Of a stretch of DNA of 64,000 nucleotides, positions 48,649 to 61,863 are shown piece after piece. The translations under genes and the position numbers were made by a program. This stretch comes from Anthoceros angustus. Taxonomy: Eukaryota; Plantae; Anthocerotophyta. The notes beneath the pieces are model-generated. The model was given only the letters and a program-made list of their open reading frames with translations, had not been told where the DNA came from and made no database searches. Each line of letters opens with the position of its first letter. Positions within the stretch are counted from its first letter, which is position 1. The stretch is from positions 186,001 to 250,000 of the forward strand of contig MU008176.1 of assembly GCA_010909165.1 (NCBI GenBank), written 5' to 3'.

Positions 48649-51600
48649 ATGGCACCAACTTTCTGCATTCCCGAACGCTTAGACGAGCTCTCCAAGTCCT
48701 GGGAGCCTCCGGACAGGCTACTGTGCCAGAATCTCATTCCAATTGAGGATCTTACAGAGGAGCTCGTGAAAGGTTCACACTCTTCTACCTTCGATGTCCG
48801 CAATTCCTTGCCACCTCTTGGGAATGGAGTGTTGCAAGAGAGCATTTGCCTCCGGCATTCACTCTCATCGAGTAGTCCTCAGTAGCTGCATCTGACTTCG
48901 TACCAGTTGTGAGGTAGTTTCAATTGTGCAAGCATTTGATTGCCTGCTGGCAGAGGCGACATACGAGCTGAGCGAGAGACAAGTGGTGAGCATTGAAGAC
49001 CAAGATTTGTTCGATCAGGTTTACTCCCTTGTCAGGTGTGGTGGTTGTGGGTGCAAGGTTTTGACTGACAGCATGTCTCGTTTGGGAAGGAGCTGGCAGT
49101 GGAGTTGCAGAATGGCCAGCCTTTGTGTGCCGTGTTCGGTCTTAATGCGGAGTGTGTTGACGTTGCAGGGGCTTTGCTTCGTTGGAGCCCCTTTCCAAGA
49201 GCCGACTCCTTGAGAGCTTGTGTTCCAACCTCTCTGTGCTCATTGCCTCCATCGCTCCAATTCTTGCCTCCGGAAGCGAGTCTGCCTTGGAGGCGGAATC
49301 CCGACGACAGAGCATCTGTTCAATTCGCAATGCCCTTAAAATCTATGTCTATTTCATCCACCAAATCCTCACACCCGAGGATGTGGATGTGGTGTCGAGA
49401 ACGGAACGGCTTGCTAAAGGGAAGGTCTGTGCAGGCCACGTCGAATGATTTTGTTGATCTCCTGATGTTTAGTGCCCTTAAATGGGAAGGTTGCTTTTCT
49501 GCAGGGAAGGAAATCTCGTCAGAAACATGTCCCTCAACTATGGGACAGGGAGGCTCTACAAACAAGATTCATCAGGGTTCTGGCAGCTGCTGCCCTCTCT
49601 GATCTACAACAGCTTTTTGGGACAGCCCAACTTGAGGAGGGTTTTGTTCGGCTGATTGCAGAGTAAGCGTCCAGTATCTCAATTTCAGCTTGCAGAGGTG
49701 TTCATGTTTAAGGATGTTGATGAACTAAATTGCTGTCTCACAGGGCCGCTTTCACAATGTTGGAAAGTCCTACAGCAGTGAAAGATAAGGACCTGAAAGA
49801 TGCACTGTGCAACATCGGTTCAGTTTGTGCTACCAAATATGGATATCTAGAGCAGTCCGTGGCCTGTGTTATGGATCTTCTGCACAAGTTTGACCACTTG
49901 CATGTGCATCTGGCTGAATTAGTGGCAGTGTCCAAAGAAAGCTTTGGGGACACTACCTTTGCGTCAAGTCTGCTTCGGGAGATTGGTCGGACAAACCCAA
50001 AAGAATATGCACGGGACACCAAGGGTGCAGAGAAAATTGGGCTCTTCCTGGTTGAGCTGACTACTAGGCTGCCAAAGGTTATGTGCACTAACCTCAGCTT
50101 TCTGATGCACCACATGGATGGCGAGGCGTACAAAATGAGGAATGCTCTTGTACAGGTCATGGGTATACTAGTCGCAAAAGCATTTGGTGATCCAAATGGC
50201 AATGGGTCAACAGAGCCATCTTCATCACGGACTAGACAGGTTCTTCTTGATAAGCTCCTCGAGCGAACTCGGGATGTCAATGCGTATACAAGGACCAAAA
50301 GCCTGCAGACTTGGGCCAGACTTTGTCAGGACGGAGCCATATCGATCGGCCACTGGAACCTAGTTGCCAGCATCGCTGCTGGCCGCCTGGAGGATAAAAG
50401 CGCCTTTGTTCGCAAAAGTGCTCTTGAACTACTTGCAACGCTGCTACAGTTCAATCCCTTTGGACCGAAGCTCCGCTCAGCAGCTTTTGAGGCTACACTT
50501 GAGAAGTACAGAAAGCAACTGGAGGAGATGAGTGTGCCTGCTTCATCCGACTCTAGCGATGCGGATGAGGCTTTGACTCCTGCAGCCCCTAGTATTTTGC
50601 TTCCCACGGAGGGAGCTGCATCCCAGACTAGTGATGCTTCAGAGCTAGATACTGTTCGTGCTTCTGAGGACGGAATGGCAGAAAATAACACACAAGGAAC
50701 AACAACCTCTCCTGGCCTAAGTCCTGAGACCACAGCCACAGAAATGAAAGGAACGCCTCGCCTGGATGTTGGGGGCTTGGAACAAACTCGTGCCTTGGTT
50801 GCTTCGCTCGAAGCAGGGCTACATTTCTCAAAATGCATGGCTTCCACAATGCCTGTTTTGGCCCAACTGCTTGCATCAAAGACGCTTACTGATGTGGATC
50901 AAACCATACAGCTTCTCATGTGCTGCAAGCAATTCCAAGTTGATGGCTCAGAAGAGAAGATTCGCAAGATATTGCCACTTGTGAGTTGTCGCCACATTTT
51001 CTTCGTTGCACAAAGTTCAAGTGTTGCCATAAAGAGCTTATAACGTTAAATTACAACAATGTTCAACTACCCTTGAAGGGATACTTGTTGTTTGTTGCAT
51101 TGTAGGTCTTCTCGCAGGAACAGGGTATTCGAGAGGCTGTTGAAGATGCATTCCTTCTTTTGTACATTAAAAAGAGTCCCTCTGAGACTGCAGCCAACCT
51201 TATAAACCTGACCTTAGAGGCCAATCTTGGGGATCTGGCATCCATTGAGGCACTTGTCAGCAAGTTCATGGAGAACGGAGAGATTTCGCAAAGCACGGTA
51301 ATTTTCATGACTTGAACATGCGCTTCTGCAATTTTTATTCCGTGCTTCACTGGCGTCTTACTCTTTCTGGCTTCTTACAGGTATCACGCCTTTGGGACAT
51401 GTTTAGGTTCAATGCAATAGGAGTTACAGCTGACCAAAGTCGTGGAGCTCTAGTTATACTGACTATGGCTGCCAAAACCTGCCCCAAGGTTTTGAGTTCC
51501 AATCTGCAGAGTATGTTGGATATTGGGTTTGGTCGTCGAGCAAAGGAAGATGTTCTCCTTGCAAGATTCGCCTGCATGGGTCTACAAAGGCTTTCTGATG

Positions 51601-54600
51601 AGGACCGAGTAATTCTTGGGCGCAGCCATAAGGCCTTTAACCTTTTGTCTAGTCTGATCATCAAGGGTGGCTTATCAGATGTCATCTGGTACTCGGTGGC
51701 TGAGCAAGCCATAAATGCCATTTATGTGCTACATCCCATGCCAGAGACCTTCTTGGCAAATCTTCTAGTCTCTTTCTCTCAGTCAGTGTTTTCAGGATGT
51801 GCAAATGGGTCAGAGTCTCCATGTAACTCTGAGCAGAGCGAGTCAGCTGATCCAGGCTTGGGTTTTACACCACTTCCTCCTGATTACTGTATGTCAGTTT
51901 CTGCCATGGGCAGATTCTTCTTTATAGTGGCTCATGTTGCTCTGAAGCAACTTGTCTACGTGGAGAACTGTGTGCGTGTTCTCCGCAAACAGAAAGCACA
52001 GAAAGAGCGTGAGGAGGCTTCCATGACTGAAGAAAGGATACATAGAAGCACTCTTCCTCAGGTAACGGATCACTGCAGGTCAGCTCTTACCCTCAATGGA
52101 GAGAAGTTCTTTGCTCCTAATGAACATAGTTCATGATCCAGAGGTCGATCATCACTGAAGAGCTGGGACTGGTCGCAACTGAAGATGCCCGGCTGGATGA
52201 CCTTCTGGAAAATGCAGAAACTGAGATTGTTTCTGGTGGAGACGATGAAAAGACCCTCATCAGCATTATTGCACCCTTGGTGGCAAAGCTATGCAGGAAA
52301 TATGCTCGACTGCAACAGGTGATGCATGTGCAAGCTTGCACCACAACATACTGTCATGTTTTCGGCCACCACCCTGACAGATTATTTGACTGTCTCTCAT
52401 TGCAGCACCCAGAGCTTCGATCTGCCTCGATGCTAGCACTTTGCAAGTTGATGGCTGTTGATGCACAATTTTGGTATACAACTTACACTGGGATTGATGT
52501 CTCTCTGACTTTGTGGGTTAACAAGTCGTTATTACTTGCACAAAAAATCGTTCTCTCCATCAGTAATACCTTGTTGGCCATGTTCAGTGATCAGAATCTT
52601 CAGCTATTGGTGACAGTTGCACGGACCTCAACAGAAGAATCTCTACGGTCGAATTGCGTGATAGCGTTGGGAGATCTGTCCATGAGGTTTCCAAATCTGG
52701 TGGAACCTTGGACAGAACATGTCTACTCGTGTCTCCATGACAGTTCTGCAGTTGTTCGGAAGAATGCGGTGCTCGTATTGGCACACTTGATCCTGAATGA
52801 CATGATGAAGGTTAGTGACTTTGAGAGCACTCGTGATAGATCGATGTGCTGTTCAGCTCTCCTTTAGTTGTTATGTGCTGGACTTCAGTGACATCAAGGA
52901 CAACATTTGTTGCTAATTTGCTGCTGGATGGCAGGTGAAAGGTCATGTCACAGAGCTTGCTCTACATTTTGAAGACGAAGATCAGAGAGTGGCCAGTCTT
53001 GTAAAACTGTTCTTTCATGAACTGTCTAAAAAGGGTGAGATCGCAGCCAATTTTTCCAGTCACTTGGGTCATAATTTGTGGCAGACAATCTGACCTCCTG
53101 ATCTATCTCCAGGCAGTAATCCAATTTATAGTCTCCTCCCAGACATGATAAGCCGCATGTCTTCCATGACAAGCTTGCCACAAGAACAGTTTCGGAGTAC
53201 TTTACAGTTCTTGATCAGTTTCATCGAGAAGGTTCTGCGCTTTTTCTGTTGTAACCTTTTCTTGCATGCTGTCGCTATTTTTGATGCAGGTTATGTTGGT
53301 TGGCATTGAGGTCTTCAAATGTCTTGCATACCCTAACAAATTTGGTGGCCTTCAACGGTCTCCGGAACAGGACAAGCAAACAGAGGGACTCGTGGAGAAG
53401 CTCTGCAACCGCTTTCCTGGAACATCAGGCAGGTTTCTCTTTCTCCAACCGACCTGAACGAACTCTTCTATGGTCTTAAGTGAAACCCACATTCAGCATA
53501 GTGTTGCAATGGCCTCCCTTGTCTTGCTGGTTACTGAACCGCTTAATCTGCACAGATGCCAAACAATGGCGGGATATCGCATACTGCCTCTCTGAGCTGA
53601 AATGCACCGAAAAGGGGATGAAGAAATTGATGGACATGTTCAAGACTTACGAGCTTGCTTTGCTGGACGAGGAGGTTGTTCAACTCCTTGAGGCTATGGT
53701 ATCAAAGGTATATGGTTTCCCATTTACTGTCAACTGATAAAGTACGTAGAACCTCTTATGGTGACTTATCTGGACAAATTATGTCCTGTCCACAGGCAGC
53801 CAAGAAAGCAGGAAACGCCGAGCTGAAATTATTGTATGATGAATTCAGAGAGAAAATTAGAATGTGCCACAAGGATCAAGCAGAGAGGGAGCATGCATTC
53901 CAGAAAGCGAACTTGTACGGGATTAATACAGGCCAGATCCACGACTCTGACATGATGAACCAATCTGGAGACGAGCAGGAGCCGATTGACGTCGCGCAGA
54001 AGGGGAAGCAAGAGGATACCTTTGAGTATTCTGGAAGACGCGCAAAGAAAGCTGATGAAGAGCACGCCCGTAAGTGCGCTGTTGCATTTCCTTTATGTTC
54101 CCGAAAGTTCTTATCTGAAGTTTTAGCTAGAGACTCTGATGGGTGTCGCTCTCCCGTAGGACCACCTAATACTTGTAATCTAAGTGACAACGATGGGGAA
54201 GCACATCACTGCCCAGAAGTAAGCACAATTGAAGAAAATGTTTCAAGTGAGTCAACGGAAGGACAATTTGGCAACAACGCAGAGCTAGCAAGTCGTTCAC
54301 AGGAACTGAAACGTATTCAAGCGAGATCAACCAAGATCGCTGCAGAAGTTCCTCCCGAGGATGTTGAAGAGTTGGATGCAGTGTCTTCTGCTGAGGGAAG
54401 ATCAGATGATGAAGGGGAACTTGAAGAGGCAGCTAACATGCAGGAGCAGAGCAAGTTGTCAACAGAGGAGGCACACCCTAGATCTCAGAGTCTACCATTA
54501 CTTTAGAACAGGAGGCGTCGTCAAAAGGCTCGAAAAGCTTTTCACCTAACGAGAACAGCAGGTACAATCCAGTAGACAAAGCCCCGACCTCAATCAGAAC

Positions 54601-54805
54601 TGCCTCGGCTGCAAAGAAGTCAGGAGGACGGCTGCAACAGAGGTGGGCTGTTGATCAACTTGAACCTTCTCTAATATACAAAGTGCTCTCTGCTGATGTC
54701 GGTGTGTCCGTTGTCACTCTTACTTTCAAATGTGACTTTATGTGTATTAAAATTTGTCGGTTTGACAGGACGCCACTCAAGATGTTACGTAACCGGGAAA
54801 ACTGA
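48649..54805 (+). CDS. CAP-D2: Condensin I HEAT subunit CAP-D2 (NCAPD2/Ycs4), multi-exon; 3' end approximate
   Basis: MAPTFCIP start; ESLCSNLSVL, RNALKIY, ERTRDVNAYTRTKSLQTW, GRLEDKSAFVRKSALELL, LRSNCVIALGDLSMRFPNLVEPWT, VRKNAVLVLAHLILNDMMK; GT-AG introns of 80-130 nt. Confidence 0.93.
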
Positions 54806-54954
54806 GACACCACCGTTGAAACTGTACCAGAACAATGTTCACAATGCGCTCGGCGTCGGCAGATAGAACAGAAGGATCAAGACTTCGCACCACAATTTGA
54901 ATTATGTAACTTGGACTTCGCATCACAATTTGAATTATGCAACCTTATAATCTG

Positions 54955-57900
54955 TCAAGCTGCGCGATGCTCATGTTTACCACTAGACAGGAGGCCAAGC
55001 CGTAGACCTAATGGGATAGAACCAGTTGGCCCATGATTATGGTTGCAACCGGCCGAGTGTAAATGTGTTCTGCATGTGGCTGAAGACTGAGTCTGGTTCG
55101 TGACTTGAAGGATGTGGGAACCATTTATCTCAGTCGTTTCTACGGGAACGGCTTGCCAGGGCAACTCCTCATCTTCATTGTAGCCTTTCAATGCAAAGTC
55201 ACTGCAATTCTTCATACAGCCATGGTCATAGGGGTTGTAAAACTGCCCATCTCCTCCTTTCAGATAGTTGTACCGAGTTGCATTTGCCATCTCATTCGTG
55301 GTGATATTCCGTCCAATCTGCAGCTCACAAATGTGATCCGTCAGACCTGTCCCATGTATAGACATTTAAGCCCTGTGGCAACGATTGAGCACTTACTTGA
55401 ACTGCTTGAATTCCAGTTAAAGTTGCTACTCCAAAAAGAACAAATATGTCGGGTATCAAAAAAGTCATCGCCCCTACATGGTAAGTCCACACGTGCTTCA
55501 ACCAGGCCCCCAAAGGTGACGGTGCTGCAGGATCTGTCCAGAGCCCTGCAATCACACCCATCGTAAGCTACTAGTCCCTGAGTACACAAGAGGGTGAGAA
55601 ACATTGGAACTAAGGTGAACTTGTAACACACATACAATAGATTGTAACACCACCCGCCAGCATCATTGCTGCTGTCTCAACACAAAGAAAGGCAAAGAAA
55701 TCCCACTTGTTCGCCTGAATTGTCACATACCGGCACCAAGTCAGACTTTGTGATAATTGGCAGGACAGCACAGACATCAGTAGACAGAAAATTCTCACCT
55801 TGCCAACGCAGTTTGAAATCCAGGGGCAATGATGATCAAACTGCTCAACGCACCTATTACAGGACGCACAGTGCTTTGACCTAAGCGGTCTAACTATCTG
55901 CAGCAAGAAATCCAAATGTGAAACGATGCTGAAAAGGCTAGCAATGTAGAGATTATTCTAGTCCCAAGAACAAGGACCAGTGTTTGTCCTCCCACCCACC
56001 TTACACGTCGGGCATAGCTGAGACCAATAACCTGCCCACAGCGCTGGACTATTCAAATCGCCCTTCAGAAGGCCCTCCTGCTGACAAGGGAGAACATACA
56101 ATATCACAAACTCGCATAGCGTACATGCTTCTGACCCTTGTGTCTATCCAGCTTTCTGCTCAAGCAGCTCAATGACAACTTTATGTAACGCATAAACTGC
56201 TACCTCAACTGATGCCTGGCCCACCTCAGCTGATATATGGTCTGATGAGAATCCCCGAAGAGTTGTTACATACCCAGGATCCTTACTGGATGGCAAAATT
56301 TATAATCAGTTACGGCCATTTCCTATCGTGTGATGGAAAAGAAAGAGAGAAACCGAGTATGCGAAACAGCATTAGGATTGGTTTCAGACCTGCTGCATCG
56401 AAACAATAGAAGCAAACCACCTGTTGCCAGGAAAACCGCAATCCAAGCCCAAATTGCAATGCCAACCCTTACTCTCAACAGACCAGGTGCTGCAAAATAG
56501 AAAATGTAGGTCACTGACTGTCCCCCAGTATCAAGAATATCAACTCCGCACCTATAACACATTCTTACTTACAGCTTAGGATAACTGAGTTGATGAACGT
56601 TATCAGCAGGGCCACAATAAACGCCCAGAGGACAGGTGCAAGCCCCATCTTCGTGAGCCTCCCCATATACCCTTTCCCATCCCACCTCCGGTTGAATATC
56701 ATCCGTGCATTTGACTACACATACGAGCAAGACTGAGCATGTGCGAGCACTCATAACCAAGGGCGAGCTGTTTGTTTATCAACATCACACCTAAAGAGGA
56801 CCAGGGCTACAACTAGTGCTGCACATTTTCCTGTTCTCCAACAAAGCAACAGTAATGAGGCCTCACATTGTCAAACCCACGGAGAGGCAAGTAAGTCAAG
56901 TGTGAACTTACCAAAAAGAGGGCAACGTGTCGGTGGCCCTTGTCAGAAGCAAGCTGCGCGGGAGTGCATCCTGATGCATCAGTCATCTCCAAATCCTCCT
57001 TAGTTCCAGCTTGGACAAGTACTGTACAAGCTTCTAAATTACCCCTGATAGATGCCCAATGTAAAGGTGTACATCCTGCAAACGAACACAGTGCTTCTCA
57101 TCAACCAAAACGAACAAACAGTCCACACAAGAACATCTCACACTCAAATGGGTATGCAAACACCAACCTTCCTTATCCTGTCTGGCCAAATACGCATCCA
57201 TAAACAGCAGCAACCTGATGCAGTCAGCAAAACCTTTGTATGCAGCCCTGCCCTTGATCAACACAGCAGCGCTTCAGCATGTTGGATCTACAATGTACAC
57301 AGCTGCGAAAATGTCTTTACAGTGAGGCACAACACTTCGACAATTCTAACCAATGCAGTGGAGTTCGACCATCATTATCAATGGCATCGATCTCTGCACT
57401 CCATTTACTGGCAATGTGATACAGCAGGGCAGTATGCCCATACTGAGCAGCGACATGGGTAGTCTGGAAAAGGCCACGACGACAGTGGTCAGCCAAGGTT
57501 TTGACATTCTTCCCCTGAAGGCTCAGACCCTACAGCAAACAATCATAGAGACTGATCATGCGACTGTTTGAGAATGTGACTAACCCGATACCCATGAGAA
57601 TCTGCCGCCTCAATATTAGCCCCACTTTTAAGCAACAATTCTGCCACCTGTATCGATCCTCGTACAGCAGTCCAATGAAGAGCAGTTTGCCCAGTGAAAT
57701 CGGCAGCATTCACATCTGCACCATGCTGTGCATAAGCGCCCAGTAAAGACTAATGGTTAGACATACTCGAGGGTCACAGATGAGAGGAGCTGGAGATACC
57801 TCTTAAACAGTGCCTACACTAACCCCCTCATTTCAGGCCAGATCTTCCATCCAGCCAAGAAAGGAAACTTAAGGCAAACGACACCTGAATCAGATAGTGT

Positions 57901-58154
57901 GCTGCCGCCGACCGATTGTTGAGGGCACTCCACTGCAAAGCATAATATCCACCTCCATCAGGTGTGTCCACTGAACAGCCCTTTTCCTCCACCAGCCTTT
58001 GCAGCTTTTCCAGATCTCCATAAGCAGCTGCCGTGTACACATCCTCCCTTTGAGACTCCACCTCCTCCGGATTCTCCAACGCCTGCCCGTTAGCTGCCTC
58101 AATGCCATTTCTGACATCATCGGTTTCGACTTCAATTTCTATCTCCGATCCCAT
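54955..58154 (-). CDS. TIP1/PAT24: Ankyrin-repeat DHHC protein S-acyltransferase, multi-exon
   Basis: MGSEIEIEV...[18 protein letters not shown]...[88 protein letters not shown]. Confidence 0.93.
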
Positions 58155-59689
58155 GACTGCCCCCTGTACCCTCACAGGGACTTGCACTGAAACTGGTGCT
58201 GTATCTTAGTTAGGAGTTCCGCACAGGTGAGCATAAGGTGATCCATCTACCACATAGGCAGCCTCTGATAACGCACAGCTATGGCAACCTGCAAAACCTT
58301 CCCCTCCTAATTTCGCCGAGCCCGATCACAAAATCCAGGTAGTTGCTTGCACATCATCCCCTAACACTACATCAAAACAGCAAGGAGCTGAGCGAGGCCG
58401 CCGCCGCCCGCGCACTGAAATCCGAAGCAGGACCAGCACCCACTGCCTGCATCCCACACCAATCCCCTGCCTACTACAAATTCGTGGCGGAGCCGGTCAC
58501 TGGGCGATGGCCGCGCCCAGCTATAGCACGGGCGGACCCTTCCCTGCTCGGTCCGCCTAAGCCGCGTAGGAAATTCAGCAAGTGGAGCAGAAATGTCGGG
58601 ACGACGTCACACGGCAAGCCAGGCAAGCAATTCCTTGGCCGACGGGAAAAACTCGGATTGTCCGAAGCGTCATACTGAAGCTCGGGCAGGATTAAGCGTC
58701 ATTCTGATGCTTAATCCAGGTAACTAGTGGCAGAATTAGATTCATAATCTCCAATGAGCAACCCAAGGTAAGGAAACCATTCTAGTGAAGTCCCGTAAAA
58801 GCTGCAAACGCCTATGGAACACTGTCGTTGGTTGCAGCATCTAGGAAGAAGATGGAGGATGGAGTGCATCGCTGCATGTTGAGCACTGCATGGTCAGGTT
58901 AACATTTAAAGCGAAGCAAGAGATGTCTAACAAGACCGGAGGAGGTAATAAACCACCCGGGCCTACAAGAAGGGCGTTGAGATTTCGCATTCGCAACTCT
59001 GGCCATGTTGAAGGAAGGAGCGCCACAAACCCCGTTGCACTAAGACAAGCAGACCAGAACTACAGCCGGGTTTGGAAATAGAGTGCAGATTGAAAGCTGA
59101 CTGCTGAAATTCCAACAGAGCAGCTTCGAAGAAGCCAAACCCCAGGCCGGATGGCGGGGCGGATGTGCAACTGCGCTGCACACATGTAAGCTGCCAGGAC
59201 ACGAAGAGCTGGTGCCACTGCCTGCAACTGTCCTCTGTGCCTTCACACAATGGCAGCAATCAAATCACTCAACAGGGGACGGGCTCGACATCATAGAGCG
59301 GAGGGTCGTTTGAGGAGGATCGAAGAATAGGTCTCGGTCCTGTTATCTCGTGCAGATTGAATCAATGTGGTCCGAGTAAGGGCAGCAGAGCCGACACACA
59401 AAGCGGGTGACTATCAGAAACTGGTCAGGGAAATACAGCCCTGAAGATAGTGACTACCTATCAGAAACCGGGGAAATACAGCCCTGAAGATTATTATGAA
59501 GCAGCGTTCTATCGAAGCTTTCCCACCTGCTGCTCCCAGATTATCCTAGCTTGGATGATTCATAGAATTGGTTGAAATTGGGGAACAGGGTCATGCTCCG
59601 ATTTCTGCTCGCCAAGCATTTCAAGGCCGAGGAAATCGCATCTTGTGGACATGAGACCTTTTGAACATCACAAAGGCATCCAAGACCCT

Positions 59690-60130
59690 CACATTAATGG
59701 ATACCACTACACCCTACAAGCATCTCGAGGCAGCGAACGTGTACAATTACAGCCTCAGCGCCGGTAGCTTTCCTTGGGAGTTGGGCCTCTCGCATTTTTG
59801 GAGTCCTTTGTCGCGGGAGTGGAGGAAGGCGTTTTTCCCCTACAAATGTTGTCCGTTTGGCTAGAGGTTCTCCACCCACAGAGGCTAGGTTGCCTTACCT
59901 TCTTTTGTTTCGCTCATGGAGGTCGGATTCTGTGGGCTTCAAGCGTCCCTCCTGGAGAAGCAACATCTGCACGCGCAGACGGCCCTTCTTCGAGACTCGT
60001 GCCCATCTTCGCTCTTGCCAGGTAAGGGAGCTGCAGATTCATGGCTTCTTGTTTGGCACCAGCCTCTTTTTCTTCCGCGATGAGGTTTCGCCTAGGCCCG
60101 GTTTAGCCTTTTGGCTTGCTCTCTCCAAGC
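59690..60130 (+). mobile_element. Possible decayed LINE ORF2 C-terminus (zf-RVT-like)
   Basis: Frame-shifted fragments FPWELGLSHFW, LSVWLEVLHPQRL and ICTRRRPFFETRAHLRSC loosely resemble the plant L1 C-terminal CCHC region. Confidence 0.25.
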
Positions 60131-60141
60131 TTGCAACTGAA

Positions 60142-60239
60142 GGGCGTCTCTTGACGACTCGGGGACCACCTTGCTTGCTGTGCCGTGGGCGGGCATCTCT
60201 TGACGACTCGGGGACCACCTTGCTTGCTGTGCCATGGGC
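60142..60239 (+). repeat. Tandem duplication, 2 x 49 bp
   Basis: GGGC(G/A)TCTCTTGACGACTCGGGGACCACCTTGCTTGCTGTGCC(G/A)TGGGC twice. Confidence 0.9.
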
Positions 60240-61863
60240 GGGCAGCACATTGCTACACATGACGCCTCATGTTTTCGTTCGCGAAGGAGGAGGCTTCTTT
60301 CCTTATAAGGAATGCCCTTAAACTCTGTCTAGCGCGCTGATTTTCCTCTAGGCGGACCTTTTTTTTGGCTCATGAGGATTAAGTTTCGGTTGTAAATGTG
60401 GTTGATACTGACCTTACTCGGGATTCCATTAGTGAGCATCCTCAATCCTCCGGGGAGGGCGACGGAGGGATGTGCCACAGCGAAGGTTCATAAGTACTCT
60501 CTTATGTAGCAAAGGGGCACGCCTTCATCCCCTCCCCACCGAGATCCATGGGCCATGGGCAAGGCCTTTTCTAGGTTCCTTTTGAGACTTGTGCCAAGAG
60601 TACCACAGCAGCAGGAATGGGGTTGGCCTCCCTCTTTTATTTATCGCGGCGTTCTACAGGCGATGGATGTCCATCGCCCTATAGCGAGTATTGACCAAAG
60701 CAGTAAGTGCTAGGCAGGCGGCTTCTTCGAGGCCCTATCGCATCCCCAAATTTGATATCCTTGGTTCAGTAGATAAAGTTACAAGACCGGGCGACAACGG
60801 GGTTAGTCTCCATGGTTTGGTGCCCTCCTAAGGTTGTCACCTTCTCTCTTGGGGTATATGGGTTTTAATCTCTTTTTCATAATAAAGTCTCCAGTATTTC
60901 GAATTGCTCGAAGCTTCTCTGGGCACGGGGCCTCGTAAGGTACATAGCGATACAGATCGACGCTCTCGAAAGTCCAGTGGGAGGCTTGTGTACTAAGCTT
61001 GACCTGCCATGACCGTCCCTACAAACCTCGGTCGATGCTTGCTTTCGTTGCTTTGTGGACAGAAGCCCAAGTTTACCCGACACTATCCGATTCTCCAATT
61101 CCCTGTCCCTGACACACCACCGGCGGCTGGGACTGGTGCCCTGTCACTTCGAGGAAAGCACTGCGAAAGGCACGTGTACCGCACCATTGGTATTGACGAC
61201 GCTTGTAGGACAAGAAATCTGAAGCACTGCGGTTCCTGAGTGTATTGGACTGTCACATTCCTCCAAAGGATCATAGAATTGGGTCACAACACTCTTGCTG
61301 GAACTACTTTTATTGTGACGACATATTTTGACGTCGATCCTTCACATGGTCTATTTCACTCCGATTCCGCTACCTATTTCTGTTGAGCTTCCTGCTAGCT
61401 TCCAGCCTCGGCTAAAGACTTGAGGCCTACGAATGGGACTCTGGGACGGGTTTTTATAGTGCGCTTGAAAGTTTGACGGGTGGTTCTCTGCTGTACATGC
61501 AGTCACACTGCTGCTTTGCCTCTTGAGTTCTCTGCTTCCATCCTGGAATTTTGTGAACGATCCACAATTTCAAGCGATGGGAGTGACACCTCTGCCAAAT
61601 TTTCGTTCATCCAGTACAGAGCTCGCATGCACCGGAGAGTGCAGCATTGTAAGAGAAATGCATATCATTGCCGACAGCTTTGTGTTTTTCTTGTAAATAA
61701 TGGATACATCACAGTCCTCGAATTTCCTCCTCTGGAAACATCGTGCAGTGTTGCTACCCACATCTTTTCATGTTCTGAGCGTTGTTCGTTGCTATTGCTG
61801 CAGCAGGGAAGTGAGCAATATTCAAATTCTATCGCTTGGAAGCTGGAAGACCTGCAACACACA

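Noticed and set aside
59140-59230. Zinc-knuckle-like HTCKLPGH fragment
   Set aside because: The CCHC spacing is incomplete and there is no supporting ORF.
61480-61863. N-terminal extension of the ABCC ORF in the ORF track
   Set aside because: It begins at a non-ATG codon and has no transporter-like features; the first plausible ATG is at 61864 (MPWNPLNF).
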